A stretch of DNA of 64,000 bases from Lingula anatina (lineage: Eukaryota > Animalia > Brachiopoda), in the NCBI GenBank assembly GCA_051362555.1, contig CM120640.1:54538788-54602787 (forward strand), in the 5' to 3' direction. Made by a program: the position numbers and the translations under genes. Positions 38,801 to 52,100 of this stretch are shown piece by piece. Position 1 is the first letter of the stretch. Each line of letters starts with the position of its first letter. The notes below the pieces were generated by a model. It worked only from the letters and a program-made list of their open reading frames with translations, was not told the origin of the DNA and made no database searches.

Positions 38801-41398
38801 ACCTGTATGATGAAGCCACATTTAGTTTATATGCTAATAATTCTTCACTGACTAACAATTATGTCTTTAATTTTTGTTTTTTATTCATTTTTTTGTACAT
38901 TTTTCATTAACCTTTAAGTACACTTCTAATTAACTTTAAGTTTTTGTATGTTGAATATTAAGCATACTTTTGTTATCACTTATGTTTGCTTTCAATAATG
39001 ATTAATTAACAATTTCTATGTTTAAACTAATCTGATCCATCTTGTCTTTGCATGCCTTTCATTCTAATTAGTTTATTTTTGGCTTTTCATAGTCAGATTA
39101 CTATAGATAGATCTAAGTATGAACAGGTTAGTTACTCAGAGCATTTCTTGCCTGTGCTTACTATTGGCCAGTCAGTCTGTTCCAAGTGGTCACATTTTCA
39201 GTGATATACGATGAATGGGTATTATAGAAACAATAAGCATATAAGTGTTAATTTAATTATTTATTTTATTTTATTTTATTTTATTTTATTTTATTTCATT
39301 TCATTTTATTTTTGTAAGGCAGAATGAATTTTTTTAATGTTTGGAAATTGGTTTGTAAATCATTTTGACTGGCCAATAAAAAGCTAGTGCAACCAATATT
39401 AATTCTACTTCAACACATTTATCATATTATACTCATCTTAATTTTGTATGGCTATGTTAAAGTAAAGTTTGAAATTCTTCACATTTCCACTGCTACAGTC
39501 TCTTAGATAAGTCAGTTTTCTTTATGCTGTCATTCTGTTGATCTTGACCTTACAGAATTAAAAAGTAACTACTTTCTTTCTTTCTTATCTTTCTTAGAGA
39601 ATAACATAACAGCATGCGTAGAAACAAATTCTCTTAGATAATCTCTGCAACCAACAAGTACTTCAAATGGTATCTTTTTTTGTCATTTAAGATTTTTTTG
39701 AAATTGTTTAGCTTAAATAAAGCCAAATCCACTGATGTTCTGGAGGACAGATTGTAAAGGGCAAGTATTAGGGTTCCAATCTATTTTCTGTGATTCAAAA
39801 TGGAGTCACTGATTATAAAGTCCCCTTGAGTGATCTCAGATTGTTCAGTTCTGCATGTGGATATGATCTTTAGACAAAACAATCTGTTTAGATTGGAGTA
39901 CTGCTCTGCATTGTATGGTGTGGGTATACCTTGTGATAAACAAATAAATCCCTGGAATACTGCCTACTGATTAGGTGATTATGGGAAATATCAATATATA
40001 TTTTTAATTACCAATGTAGTACAGGTTTGTATATGTAATTAAGCTTTTTCTTCTACCACATCCTATATATAACAGGCATGTCATGTGGTCACAGATCCTC
40101 AAAATTTTGTGTATTAAAGAATCAGTTTGTGCTTTAATTGTATCAATTTTTAGATATTTTTATATGATTTGATTATTTTATTAGTGACAAATGACATCCC
40201 TGTAAATCTATACCCTATTTCTGACTTTAGAATCCAAAATGAAAAAACAAACATCATTATCATAGAGAGTGCATGGGAGCAATATGAATATTAGCTTCTT
40301 CCTGTGTGTACCAGTTGGTGAACCAGATATGTGTGTTGACTGGTAACTGGAAGTGGATGATATCTATTGAACCAGGGAGATAAGAGTGATTGCTCTCCCT
40401 CATTTGATGACTATCAAAATACTCTGGGCACAGGTGGATCCAAGAGGGGCTCATGGCTGCCAAATAACTACTCTGATATATATATTTATTATTATGAATG
40501 CAAATATAAAAATCTAGTCTGCAGTCGTGCAATATCTTGAATCCATTGTTGGCTCTCATTGTAAATGGTTGATTACATTAGATGCTTAGAACTGAATGGT
40601 TTAAAGGTTTGTATAAATAAATGTCTGGTTGGTAAAACTTTTAGACCAGCTGTAAATATCTTGTGGTTTTAAATAGTCTCAAAAATATATCCTTAGTATC
40701 GAACCTTTAGTCCATTTGATGAGTTTAGTGCTATTCTGTATATAATGTTATATTTACACAGTAGCACTAGACTAATATACATATTTAGCTATATAATTTT
40801 TCCATGGATGATGGACATAGATTATAAGTTAAGTGCTTTTGCTTTGATTGATTTAGAACAGAATCTTGTATGGATAGGGTACTTTGATTTTAAAACAGAA
40901 AAATGTATGGCAGGCTTAAATCCAAAAAAAAAAAAAAATTTTTGGTTAAAAGTGTTGTTTATATATAGAATGTTGAAATGTGTTACTTATGAACCTAGCA
41001 TATTAATATTAATACTAATATTAATACTAAGCATAGAAATAGCAACAAGCATAGTTTCCACTGAAATACAATATTAGATATATTTAAGATGTGTGTCCTA
41101 AAGTATCTGGTTCATAGTTTAGTTTAAGTTATTGTCCATTAAACTTGTTATTTCATTAAAACAACATAATACAAGCCAGATTTAGTAGGGGTTTTTTCCA
41201 ATTGTCCATATTTTTTTCTTTTCTTCTTTTAGTGTCAAGAGAATGAGCATGTCCTTGAAGGAGGCAGAGGGGGACTCTCAAACATCTGACGAAAATTCTG
41301 ATTTGTCTGACCAGGGCCCAAGGAAGGTGACCAACATTTCTGATGACAACTCTGATACCACTTTGGAACCCATGCTTGGCACTACCACTGAAATTTAG
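20854..41398 (+). CDS. SLC22-family organic cation/zwitterion transporter (MFS), 'SLC22-A', about 583 aa, 11 coding exons with alternative exon 5
   Basis: Exons 20854-20996, 24708-24933, 27829-27932, 29491-29645, [31239-31407 or 31942-32110], 33540-33666, 34079-34170, 37261-37493, 37894-38075, 38260-38414, 41233-41398; all GT-AG and phase-consistent (1752 nt). Motifs FEDII..GDFGKFQ, Cys-containing glycosylated loop with WVYD, SDRFGRK, DRLGRR, EAFPTVIRN, LPET. Last exon is the least certain. Confidence 0.92.
25680..27146. mobile_element. Non-autonomous Tc1/mariner-superfamily (pogo/Tc2-like) element, 1467 bp, in SLC22-A intron 2
   Basis: Perfect 26-bp TIR CGGTAATTCTCCAATCTATACGAACG (25680-25705; 27121-27146), TA on both sides, no transposase ORF, CpG-rich against depleted flanks. 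Confidence 0.88.
29041..29345. mobile_element. Foldback MITE with ~125-bp imperfect arms
   Basis: ccattcagaat..ccctacatgaaaggaagac..atcctgtaatggtctct..tcacacgcctcccca is mirrored at 29223-29342. Confidence 0.85.
29936..30312. mobile_element. Non-autonomous Kolobok-like element (TTAA TSD)
   Basis: TTAA|GGAGGCTCTCCCAT ... ATGAGAGAGCCTCC|TTAA; purine-purine termini with a TTAA target fit Kolobok rather than piggyBac. Confidence 0.7.
31239..31407 (+). CDS. SLC22-A exon 5a (mutually exclusive candidate, TM5-TM6)
   Basis: ttttacAG|GG ATG..TG|GTAAGT, 169 nt, open: GMECIGPSGNVMSGIMYHVFFALGYCTLSLAAYFLPYWKWVQITICIPSVFFLLYGW. Confidence 0.88.
31942..32110 (+). CDS. SLC22-A exon 5b (mutually exclusive candidate, TM5-TM6)
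   Basis: CTAAC branch point plus cccttttcAG|GC ATG..TG|GTGAGT, 169 nt, open: GMEFVTPKGRTMAGICPHIAFAIGYCTLALSAYLIPYWNWVAFVIAVPDLLFLIYYW. Confidence 0.88.
39258..39310. repeat. (TTTTA)n pentanucleotide repeat
   Basis: Direct inspection. Confidence 0.85.
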
Positions 41399-43702
41399 AG
41401 TGTTTTATTTATACATTGTCCTAGTATTTTTATGTACAAGGTTTGGTAAGAAATAATTGCCCCTAGAATCAGGATGTGTAGATGTACTACTTAATTGCAT
41501 ATTTTTCCCTTGGGATATCTTGGTATATGAATGTTTTATACAATGTTCATTTTGAACCCGCCTGCTGCTTTTTGGAACAGGTGCACATTAGATAGCATAT
41601 CAGCCACTCATATTTTGGCTGTTTTTGGGCTCTTTTGGTAACAATCAGGCTTTTTTATGTATATGTATATGAATATAAATATACCACTTACTAATGCTTA
41701 ATTAGAATGTGACAAAACATTTATGTCAATACTAAACAACCAAAATTTATGTTTTGATGCTTGTTTTAAGAGCTAGAGCTGAAATGGTTATGTATGTGGA
41801 AGGACTACTTACTGCTGTTACTGATTTGTTTACTGTACGAGTTACTTGTTTGCTCAAGTTAAACACCATTTGTACTGATGAGCCCAGGGAGGTGACTTAG
41901 TGTGATACTGGCTGTATTATAGTGCTGAGGATGTGTTCTCATGAAGGAAGCTCTGTATTAATGCTTACACCTTTAACTAACCATATGCTTCATAAGCTGC
42001 TTGCCTTGATAAGCCTTGCTTGATTGCAAGTAATACTGACAACTTTCAAAAGACGCATTTTCCCAAAAACTGTAGATTCCTGGTTGAGGGTCACTTATAT
42101 TCTGAAACTGGAATTTAGACTATTTAATAAAAAAGCTTGTCTTTACAGCGTGGCAGTAGAATTTTCTTCATCACCAACGTGTAGACTTGTTGGATTAAGG
42201 AAATGGACTCCCACCCACTCAGGGAATGTTGTTTATGTTACCTTGAATCAAGAGAAGTTGCAGACTATGACACCCGGTCAATAGATTTACAAAAGTTGAT
42301 TTAATTATACACACTGTAACATGCTGATTATGTCGATGTTTGCTGAATTATGAATGCTAAGTCACTGTTGTATGAATAAATCTCTGCTGGCTGGAAGAAT
42401 GCTTATATGTTACAACTGTTACCAGTGTTTGAATACAGCATAGAACTGGACACATAGTAATGTGGGACATTCCAGTCATGAAGTTTTTTTTGCCATGAAA
42501 AAGGGAGATGGCTTTTAATTCAACATTTTCAATGTCAACATGATTAAAAAGTGTGTACATTGGATGAAATGTATCTTTACTATTAGCAATCTATACTGCC
42601 ATGAGGGTAGCTATCTTAAAACTTTCTTATAATATGCCATTATATGCAGTTGGGCTAAATAAGGGCACTTTTATAATTATGGAATTTTTCATGTTAAATT
42701 TTAAAGGTCACATTCAATTAAATGCATTTGGAACCCACCAGGTCTTTTTGTGTTGAAGACCAATGCTATTATGATTGTCATTTCCTCATATAACATGTTA
42801 AGTGCTTTTGATAAGCTATAGTAATTATATAATAGTTATATAAATTGTAAAACATTGTGTTTTATGCTAGAGCCACGTCATCAACTTAAACAATAGAAAA
42901 AAAAATGCTTCACAAAATCTTGTAAACCAGTGTCAAAAATCTGACAAGAAATAAAATTACTTGCCAGGGAAGGAAACAGCATTATGTAGTGGCAAGAAGG
43001 ACAGTATTAATGAAGTTACATTGGAAACCCCAACTCGCTGTAACATACTGATAATTAGAAATATTTGTCTGTTAATGATTCCTTAAATAATTTTGTGTCC
43101 AATTAAAAAAATCAGGTTGCTGTTGTGTTCAGTAGCGTAGAAGTTCATTTAAGGTATTTTGAAGGATTCATTATCAATGGCTTTTACACCAATAGAATGT
43201 AAACTTGTACATATTTTTCTCTAGCAAGAAGTTGACATGTATACATATTAACCACATTTACTGTCACAATACACCTTTCATCTCAGTAAAGAAAGTACAG
43301 AGGTAGTGGATTTTAGCCATAGATTTTGTCTGTAGGTTGGTCTTAGATGCACCTGCCACCTCCAGAGTAATGTTTCTAATCTGAAATGGGGATTCAAAGG
43401 AATACTGGAGCTATGTGGCATTGCTAGTATGTAAACTTTTCTGTGCACTGCCTTGCTAATATTGTATTCTTTAGTCATCATTCTGCCAAGTAATAAATAG
43501 CATTAACTAACTTACGCCATGTACTACAAAAATTGTAATTTAACTTTTTTTTTTCCTTTGGGGAGGGGGGAGTGTATGCTGATAAGCTACTGATGGTCAA
43601 ATATTTGGTGCGCTGAAGGCCAGTGCTTTCTAAGCCTGGAGTGTGTTGAAATCAAGGCATGACTAAGCGAGGGGTTAATCCTCAAGACAGCTTGTATTAC
43701 TA

Positions 43703-43923
43703 TTACACCCCATTCTCATAGATTAGATCGACCTACATTGGATCGACCTAACTCCCTGGGGGTTCACGCTAAATAGCTGTCAGCCGGGCGGACACGAAAG
43801 TTAATTACCCCTTAAAGCTTGTAGTAGGCGGGGACGGACACTTAAGGGGGATTATCTGACAGTAATCTAGTGAGACTCCCCGCGGTGATAGATCGATCTA
43901 AAAGTTGTGAGAACAGAGCCTTA
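43703..43923. mobile_element. Degenerate MITE related to the one at 57931-58153
   Basis: Imperfect inverted arms ttctca..tagatcgaccta..cgctaaatagctgtcag / ctgacagtaatctagtgag..tagatcgatcta..tgagaa. Confidence 0.55.
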
Positions 43924-44328
43924 GTGTTACTTTTTAACTATGTGTATGGTGTGATTTAACATTTCATGTTATGTGCACTACAGTATTTTATGTGTCTTAG
44001 GTGTAAATGCAGTTATTTTGCAAATTATTATTTAGTCGGTATATTTAGAGAAGAATACCTATCCATATTACATTCTTATTTGGGTCATGGGTTCAAAACA
44101 GACTATTCTTTCCCAAAACTGTTTTTCACATGTTACAAAATTATAGATGAGCTAACGTGCAAAAATGTCAAAAGAAGTCATTTTAAAAGGCAGCGATCAT
44201 ACAAGGCACAACTCATTGAAAAGCTGTGATTATCAATATTCTGAAAATTTGTTAATTCTATGCAGAAGTGTTTACTTTTTTTATAGGAAACTAAATGAGC
44301 AGATTTGACATTTGAGTAGTATTGTAGG

Positions 44329-44483
44329 TTACTGGACCTTTAGGTCCAATAACCTATTGCCATGTCTTTTGTCCGTTTGTCTGTCTATCCGTTAGCAATA
44401 ACATCTTGGAATTACACCACAACTTTTTTCTATTGTATATTTTTCTGCAGCCTAATAGCTCTGGACTTTTTTCCACAGATTTC

Positions 44484-44515
<32 letters not shown>

Positions 44516-44560
44516 CCATTTTTGTGCAAAAATTTTCAGAATTTTAGGCAAAAATGTAAT
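44329..44560 (+). mobile_element. 5' fragment of another DINE/HINE-like element
   Basis: Stem-loop ttactggacct-tt-aggtccaataa followed by a gtccgtttgtctgtctatccg microsatellite; 3' end not identified. Confidence 0.45.
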
Positions 44561-47500
44561 TCCCCCCCCCCCCCCCCCAAAAAAAAACTTCTGATATTAC
44601 GTGTAGATTACATTTAGAGTAATATGTATGTATTTTAACGTTTTTCAAAATTTGTCGTAAAGGTCTAAAACGTGGATATAAAAGATTGAAATTGAACAAT
44701 GTAACAAGAAAGTAAATGGTAAATCGCCGAAATTTCACTCTAATAGGAAATATGTTTCCTTTGTATTAACCTATTGTTCTGGAAGTAAGAGAAAATCACT
44801 TGGGTAAATTTCACCATTATCCTTTGTCAAATTCAACCAGTTTCCCATCCTCTGCCGCTCTTCATTTGATATCATAATCGCGTCATAAAAAACTTAGCTT
44901 TGTATGCTGGTCTGTCCGGTAACACGCAGGACCACTGGTCCGTTTTTTATTGCACATTTATAATTCAAACGTTTATATAATCTGCAAGTCTCAAATTATG
45001 CTATGATAGTCTCCGTTTTCCCTTTCTATGTGCACATATTGCAAAGTAGTCTTGTGGGATATAAGAATGACGCAGCATGATAAGATGACACTTCTTTCAA
45101 TTTTGTGTTGTTCACAGAATGGCTCTTACTGGTTATTAGTACATTCTTTTTATGTAACTTTTATGCGTGATCAAAGTCTGGCTGGCGCACATTTCCTTTA
45201 GGGGAAAAGAAAGTGATTTATGCGAGAGTAAAAACACGTTTTGTAAAAATGATCCGATGAGTTTCCTATAGCATAATGTGAAGCTATATGTTTGAAATAA
45301 ATCATCTTTGCACGTGAAGTTTCAAAAAGTGTTTTTAGTGATATTGGTCACCTGACAATATTTTTTCCATGAAGTATTAGTACTTCAGTAACATCCGATT
45401 TCCATTGTGGCATTGGCAATTCTCTTGTGCCTACCAACCACACTATCGAGTTGCAAACTCAGATATTGCTTCTTTGAGGGTTTTCTTCACTGCTTTTGTC
45501 CTTAGTTTAAAAATCCTGTTTTTATTGGGTGTGGAGGGGGTGGCAAGGGGCATGGTTACCTTCAATGAAAGAGATGTTACATGCTCACAAGAAAATCGCT
45601 CTCTGTAACGTACCACTCATTCACATATTGGTTCACAATACTAGAACGAAGGAAGGCAAGCCAGCGTTGCGCCTCCTCGGGGTATGCGGTCGATTTATGT
45701 TCTCCACAGGATTTGCCTGCCAAAACGTATTTTCCTCGAAAAAAGGGCAATTTTCAGCTACTTACGAGACATTGTTCGACCCGTCCCTGCGCTTGGATTC
45801 GATTAATTATTTTAAATTTGATTTAAAAATTTAGTTCCAAATGACTGGCCAGTTATTTATACTAAGTTTTTCAAACGTATTGGTCATCTTGATTGTTGTG
45901 TTTTGCACATAACTTGAAAGTTAACGTAATGCGCAGAGGAAACCATGAAACAAGCGGTCTAACTGTGATTCAAACTCGGTAAATTATTGGTGGCATACAC
46001 AGAATTTATACTCCAACTGACGTGACAAATTTTCGGCAATTGTAAAAGATGAAAACCAAATGCGTGGCATTCTTCCAACTCTGTTCAAGTGATTTGGGCT
46101 ATCTGAGCATTTTATGTAGAATACACTATAAACAAAGCAATCTGTGTTGAATAAGCCCCCAGGTGTTTTCTGCATAGGTGTGGCGTTTGCCACAAGGCAC
46201 CATAATCGAAATTTTCCAAATTTTTCATTTAAAAACTTCTAGATATGCGCTTGAACTTCTAAGGTCAAGTGTTTGAAGTTGACCTCGCCAAACACAAATA
46301 TTACCTTACATTACCGGGTCAAATTATCTCCCGCGGGAACACATAGTCTATACATGTATAATTGGGTGCGGGCCTGTGCTTACAACCTTGCCGCTAAATG
46401 TTCTAAATGTGCTCTCATTTGGAAAAGAACATCCTGTCGACACATCAGTTCCGAAGCCCATAAGACATGCACTTCTCTAAAAAAAAAAAGGCCATTTTAC
46501 ATGGTTTAGGAGTGGTATTACTTTAAATATGATTTTTTTTAATATGCAGTGAATTTCAGATAAATTGAAACGTGTAATATCTCACTACCTAAAGAAATAA
46601 AGATCTCACTTATATTATTACAGAAGCTTTATTCGTCTTTTTTAATTGATGTTTTAGAGGTCAGATACTTTATTTCATAAACAGAAAGATCAGAGGCGTG
46701 TCCACATGCTGCATTTGTTTGTGGTCAAAAGATGCATTTTCACAAGTGTGTCTGACATTAAACGTTTTAACTCTTCCTGTGTATTATTTCTTTGATGTGC
46801 CTAACCCAGCTGATGGTACATGTACCGAGGAGTCGGTTACGCCTGTTTGATCCCCTAGTTACCTCTTGATGTACTTCATGTCTTGTTAAATATAACGTGC
46901 AAACAAGACATCAAAAACCAAGGAACCCCATGCGATTATATTTTATCTATTTGACCCTTGGAATTCTTATATACCGAGCGTGTAAGTGGCCTAATTTAAG
47001 ACCAGTTTACAAATTCAAAGAATACTGATGGTATTTTAGAAATATCCTTGTTTTGAAATTCTGCATGGCATTGATATTTGGCGGAGTTTGATATACAATA
47101 TAGCCGATCAAAAAATATTACACACTAGCCGAATAAAAAATATATTATGTATATTATGTGCCAAATTGCACGATATTTTCAATAAAATGCGAAGGAACAT
47201 GCCAAAAAAAAAAGTCATTGAATATGTCAGCGGAGTTCTGTTGCACCCGAACCCCATCCTATCCCCATGTTATCGTTCCATCTGTATTTTTCAGATTATC
47301 GTTAAAGTAAACAGTAATCAGTTGCTATCTCTTGCCCAGATATTTAAAATTGACTTCAGCTAGACACAATTCCTGCTATGACACTCTAAAGGTTCCCTCT
47401 CCCATGCTCAAGGGGGGGGGGGGGGGTGAGGTTGCCTCAGTTTTCGGCCTTACATGCTCACGGTACCCATAAAGAGACCCAAGCCTTTATCGTCCTAGTG

Positions 47501-49113
47501 CCTGAACGGACACGAAAGCACTTTGCATTGGATTTACATAGTCCAAGGTGTGCCACAGAGATTGTCAGGACAAGGATATTCAGAGGTATTTATGCGCAGC
47601 AAGGTTGAAATGCACAGCGTCATGAGGTCTTACCAGCAGTAAGGGTACCTCACGTTTCATCCTTTCGGATAGATAGGCTGGTGCGCACAACCCAAAACAA
47701 CATCAAAATGTATTTTCTATTAAAAGGTCAGTTACGTAATACGGGGTACTGGCTGTATTTGGGAAATATATATTATATATAGTATTTTTAATAGATTTAA
47801 ATGTGCATTAAAATCTATCAAAGAGTTGGCCCGGTTTTCTATTTGTGTTTTGGGGTCAACGTCTTATAGGTTTTTGTAGGGGTTATCCACGCCACCTGTC
47901 ATCATGATAGGGTATTAGTCCCAAGCCTATCTGGCCATGTCAATACTGCTATCTCATTCATGTCAAAATGTTAACCGACTGGTAGGATAGACCATTACAG
48001 GTTTCTTGCGAGAGTAGTGGGCTCCACCATTCTGAGCTATTTTGAGGGTAAAGTATGCATGCATATGTTTAAATTTCATAAGCAAATACTATAAAAAGCC
48101 TTACGAAAAGTTACAAAAAAGAATAATTGCAAGGCTTGATAGAATCGTTGTTTTTTACTTTTCTGTAATGGATATATGTAGCTTTGCAGAGGAGCGCAGC
48201 ATTTAAAGCTATGCCACCCTTCGGAATATTCAGGTGTGCTCGTAGGTACCAGTAGGAACATCAACATGTACCTACTTGAGAAAAGCGTGCCAAAGATTGG
48301 TGTTTTTTTTTTTTTTTTAACAAAAACGGTCCGGTATTGGTAAATTGTCTGATTTCAAAAAAGAAAAAAATAAGAATGAATAAATAGTATGAACAAAAAA
48401 ATTAAATACTATTGGTTATCTACTTATATTTGCATAGTGGCAAAATAATTCTGAATCTTCATATATTGCAATGCACATTGATGTTGGCATTCTGCCCCTT
48501 TTGCACGCGTTCCGAAGCACATGTTAGATAGATAATTATATCCAGACCTCTGTACCTGTCAGGCCGACCGGTACTCGGCGACCTTGTCTCTGGTTATGTC
48601 AATCATATCGATAGAACATACATCAGTTGTCAAGGCATGACAACTGTTGAAAGTATTTGGAGATTACTGAGCCTTTTTCGAAATAACCCTATGCGCCAAT
48701 TATGAAAAGGCTGCAGTGGAAAAAATAGTATTAATCAAAAGCGACTCCAGCCTTTTAGTGCTATAGATGATGTCTGAAACTACTGATATCACTCATAAGT
48801 GTTATGTACGGTCAATTTATACAGACAGAGACAATAGACGGAACTTAACTCATAAGCCAAAAAGGTACCTTATGAAACATCCAACATACACCTGAGGAGC
48901 TTTATTGTGGGTCAAAAGTCATGGATTTTGTTTCAAAAATGGAACTTAAAAAAGAGCTGGTATGCTGAATCAAAAGCCCAATTAGTCTCCGGCGCGGGTG
49001 AAGAATTTCTGATCCATTTTCTTTTTCTGAGGCACGTTCTATAAATCTTTATTTTATGTACAGTTTCTTTCAGGTTGAACTGCCAGAATTCTGGCCTTGG
49101 TTCTTGAGGTATA

Positions 49114-52100
49114 ATGCGATTCGAAGACATCATTCCCCATCTCGGGGAGTTTGGGAAATTTCAAAAATTACAACTTGTCCTGCTCTCGTTGCCCGTTTGG
49201 GTGACGGGAATGCATGCGCTGGCAATGACCTTCATAGCTGCTAATCAAGAGTTCAGGTAACCTAAAACATTTTTCGAGGAAATAAGATTCAACGTTAATT
49301 TGATAAACGTGTAATACTTGCACATTTATAAACTAATGGAATCGGTTGTCAAAACTGAGTCAAGTAGGCCTACTTGATGAAGTGCGATAAGGGCGTGTAT
49401 CCTAGCAGTGTCCATAAGTGCATTGCAGACCAGTGTTGACGGCGATATTAGGTTCATTTTGTCACAACTCACGCTGGTAGTAACGTTACTTGTGGGTTAT
49501 GCATACGGTTGATTTTATCCAAATCTCACTTCAACTTTGCTGATTATACCAGTAATATGTCTTTATCAATGTTAGATTTATTACTCTCTGTTTTATATAG
49601 TGGTACTGTGACACTGTTGGATAATCTATTATTAGCCTTGGCTTTTGTTCTGCAACCCAAGAGTTGCGTGAATAGCTTAACCTTTTAAAAATACGTCGTT
49701 AGTATTCCAAAGGTCATCATCTGAGATAGCTTAGAAGAGGCTGACTGCAGTGCATGACGTTAGACAAGACTACAAAACGTGCTTGTATCCGGGTGAAGTG
49801 GTGTAAACTTCGAAGCGGTAAAGATAAAACTATGCGCCAGGAAAGTCGTTTTAGAAAATAACACAAAAGTGTTGTACAAAACATGGTAAATTTTTATTGT
49901 TGTGCTATAGACTGCAATAACCAGAACAATATCCGCTGAGGTATTCTCCTGGCTTTTAATCGCACCGCATTTGATAGTAAATTATTATTTCTGACCCTGC
50001 TTTCTACTCCCGCAAAATTTCTCTTCTTGTAAAGCCAATTCGCGAGACTCTGGTCTATCTCGGATGATGAACATTAAATTGAATATTGTGGTTTTTGTAT
50101 AACGGAAAGTGCATCCTATGGAATCCCAGGAGGGCCAAGCGGAAAAAAAATTAAAAAAAAAAAAATTTGAAGAAAAAAAAAATTTGAAAAAAAAAAAATT
50201 AAAAAAAAATTGAAAAAAAATTTTTTTTTGAAAAAAAATTGCGAAATTTGCGAGATCGCGTGTAATCCCGCGAGATCGCGCGTAATCCCGCGTGGTCACG
50301 CGAAATCCCGAGAGATCAATCGTGTTTCATTTTCAAGATGAAATTTAAAAAAAAAACACAAAATCTCGCGAGAAAGTGCGAGAAAGAAAAAAGCATTGGC
50401 GAATGAGGCAGGGAGGGGCTGTTCAAAATGCCGACATTGCACCGAACATGAAGAGGAGGATGTCATTTGTAAAGGGAAAACCGCCCAACAGCCTGGGATA
50501 TTGGCTCCATGCTAGGCCAATGCCACGATGAGAAGGGATTTTATGGAGCTAGAATATTTAAAAAAACACTCTTTAGTACCACCAGCATGTACGCTGGCAG
50601 TATTCATGGCTTTAGTCCCGACCTATCTCATATGGCTCTGCAGGTATCGTGAACTACAAGTCACCGTTACCGCTTCTCCTCCTAGAGCGCATTATTTCAA
50701 GGTCAAACAGGTCACATTTTTCTAAAATTGCTAACTTTCTTGTGAAAAACAGTTATTATTGTCTATTTTCAGAAACTAAACAGATCTAATCTATAATACA
50801 ATGGGCAGGTGTTACCCTTAGGGTAATCTTTGATCTTCGTGAGTTTGGGGTCATTTGGGGCATTTTCAGACGAGTAGTGGCTATTAGATGCCAAACTAAA
50901 AACTCTCTAATTCTGGAACCATCATTGCTAGAGACCTTGTTTTTTTCATTTTGTAGAGCTTTGTATGCGCAACACTGCAGGGTTTTTTTTGTATTTTTTA
51001 TTTTTTTCGTTAGGGCTCGGGCATTGTTCTGTATCAAATAGTTCAACATCCAATATTCAGATGTGAAAATAAAATGTAAAATACACCAAAATTAGCAGAG
51101 ATGCACCCATTGTTACTACTGAACTTGAATAGGAAGGAGCAAACTGGTAATCAAAAATGATAGGACAATTTTATTAAAGTTGTGCTGTTTTTATCATTGA
51201 CTTAATTGTTGAAAATGGAAGTAAACTCATTAGTTATAGTTCTCACTTGTGTACATAGTGGAATTTTCAAATATCATGGGCCTGAATACCTTTGCTAATT
51301 AATTTTTTTATAAATACCATTTTAACTGCATTGCATAATTAAGAATTGGTGGTGATTATGCTCTTAAGCATTATGTAATATAGCATCAAAGGTGAGGGAA
51401 AATAAATTTTGGTCACTCTCACCTTAATGGCCATTAACGTCATGCTACTCGTGGCTCTCAAACCTACTGAAAGGGTTCTTGGTCTGAATTGTACCTAGAC
51501 TTGCACCAGTTTGACTGCCTTTTATGTGCGTTCAATATTTTTTTAATATTAGCATTTTAATTGAGGGATTTAACCCCCAAAGGCATGAAGTCAAATGGCA
51601 GTGACCTTTTATACATTATACTATTATGATAGACAGTTCAAGGTTGTATCATTACGTAAAATTGTATCAGATTTGGCAAAACAAATTGTGTACTGCCAAT
51701 AGTAACATTATAAAGAAAAAACAGTGACATATTAGTTTGAAAATCCAATAATAATTCTTAAGCACAGATCAAATTGGGAACCCAGCTTGATTGTTTTTTT
51801 TTCTGAAATTTATGCATTTTTATTTGAATGTTCATATTTCTCTTGCTTGCATATTTTAACTGTGAATTTGAACTGACATGGGTCTGCTAGTAACATATTC
51901 CTAACAGACATATACCTGCAATGCTGTTCGACTTCCTGTTAAGCATACTGTATTTTGCATCAGTATTGACAGTTACCTACTTTGTGCATTTTTTTAATTC
52001 TTTTTTTGTAGTTTTGACAGCTATGCTGGGATAGAGACTTTGAATTATAGGTATTGTCAAGTTTATTGAAAAGTGGTTGAATTTTTATGTACTGACAGGT

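Noticed and set aside
44600-49070. Short ORFs between the paralogs as an additional gene
   Set aside because: No coherent exon chain or known motif; most likely the upstream and UTR region of SLC22-B, whose first exon could not be located.
50112-50116. Alternative boundary with CTATGG ends and a 4-bp TSD CATC
   Set aside because: Formally possible, but the 6-bp GCATCC with TAY..RTA reading agrees with the transposase type.
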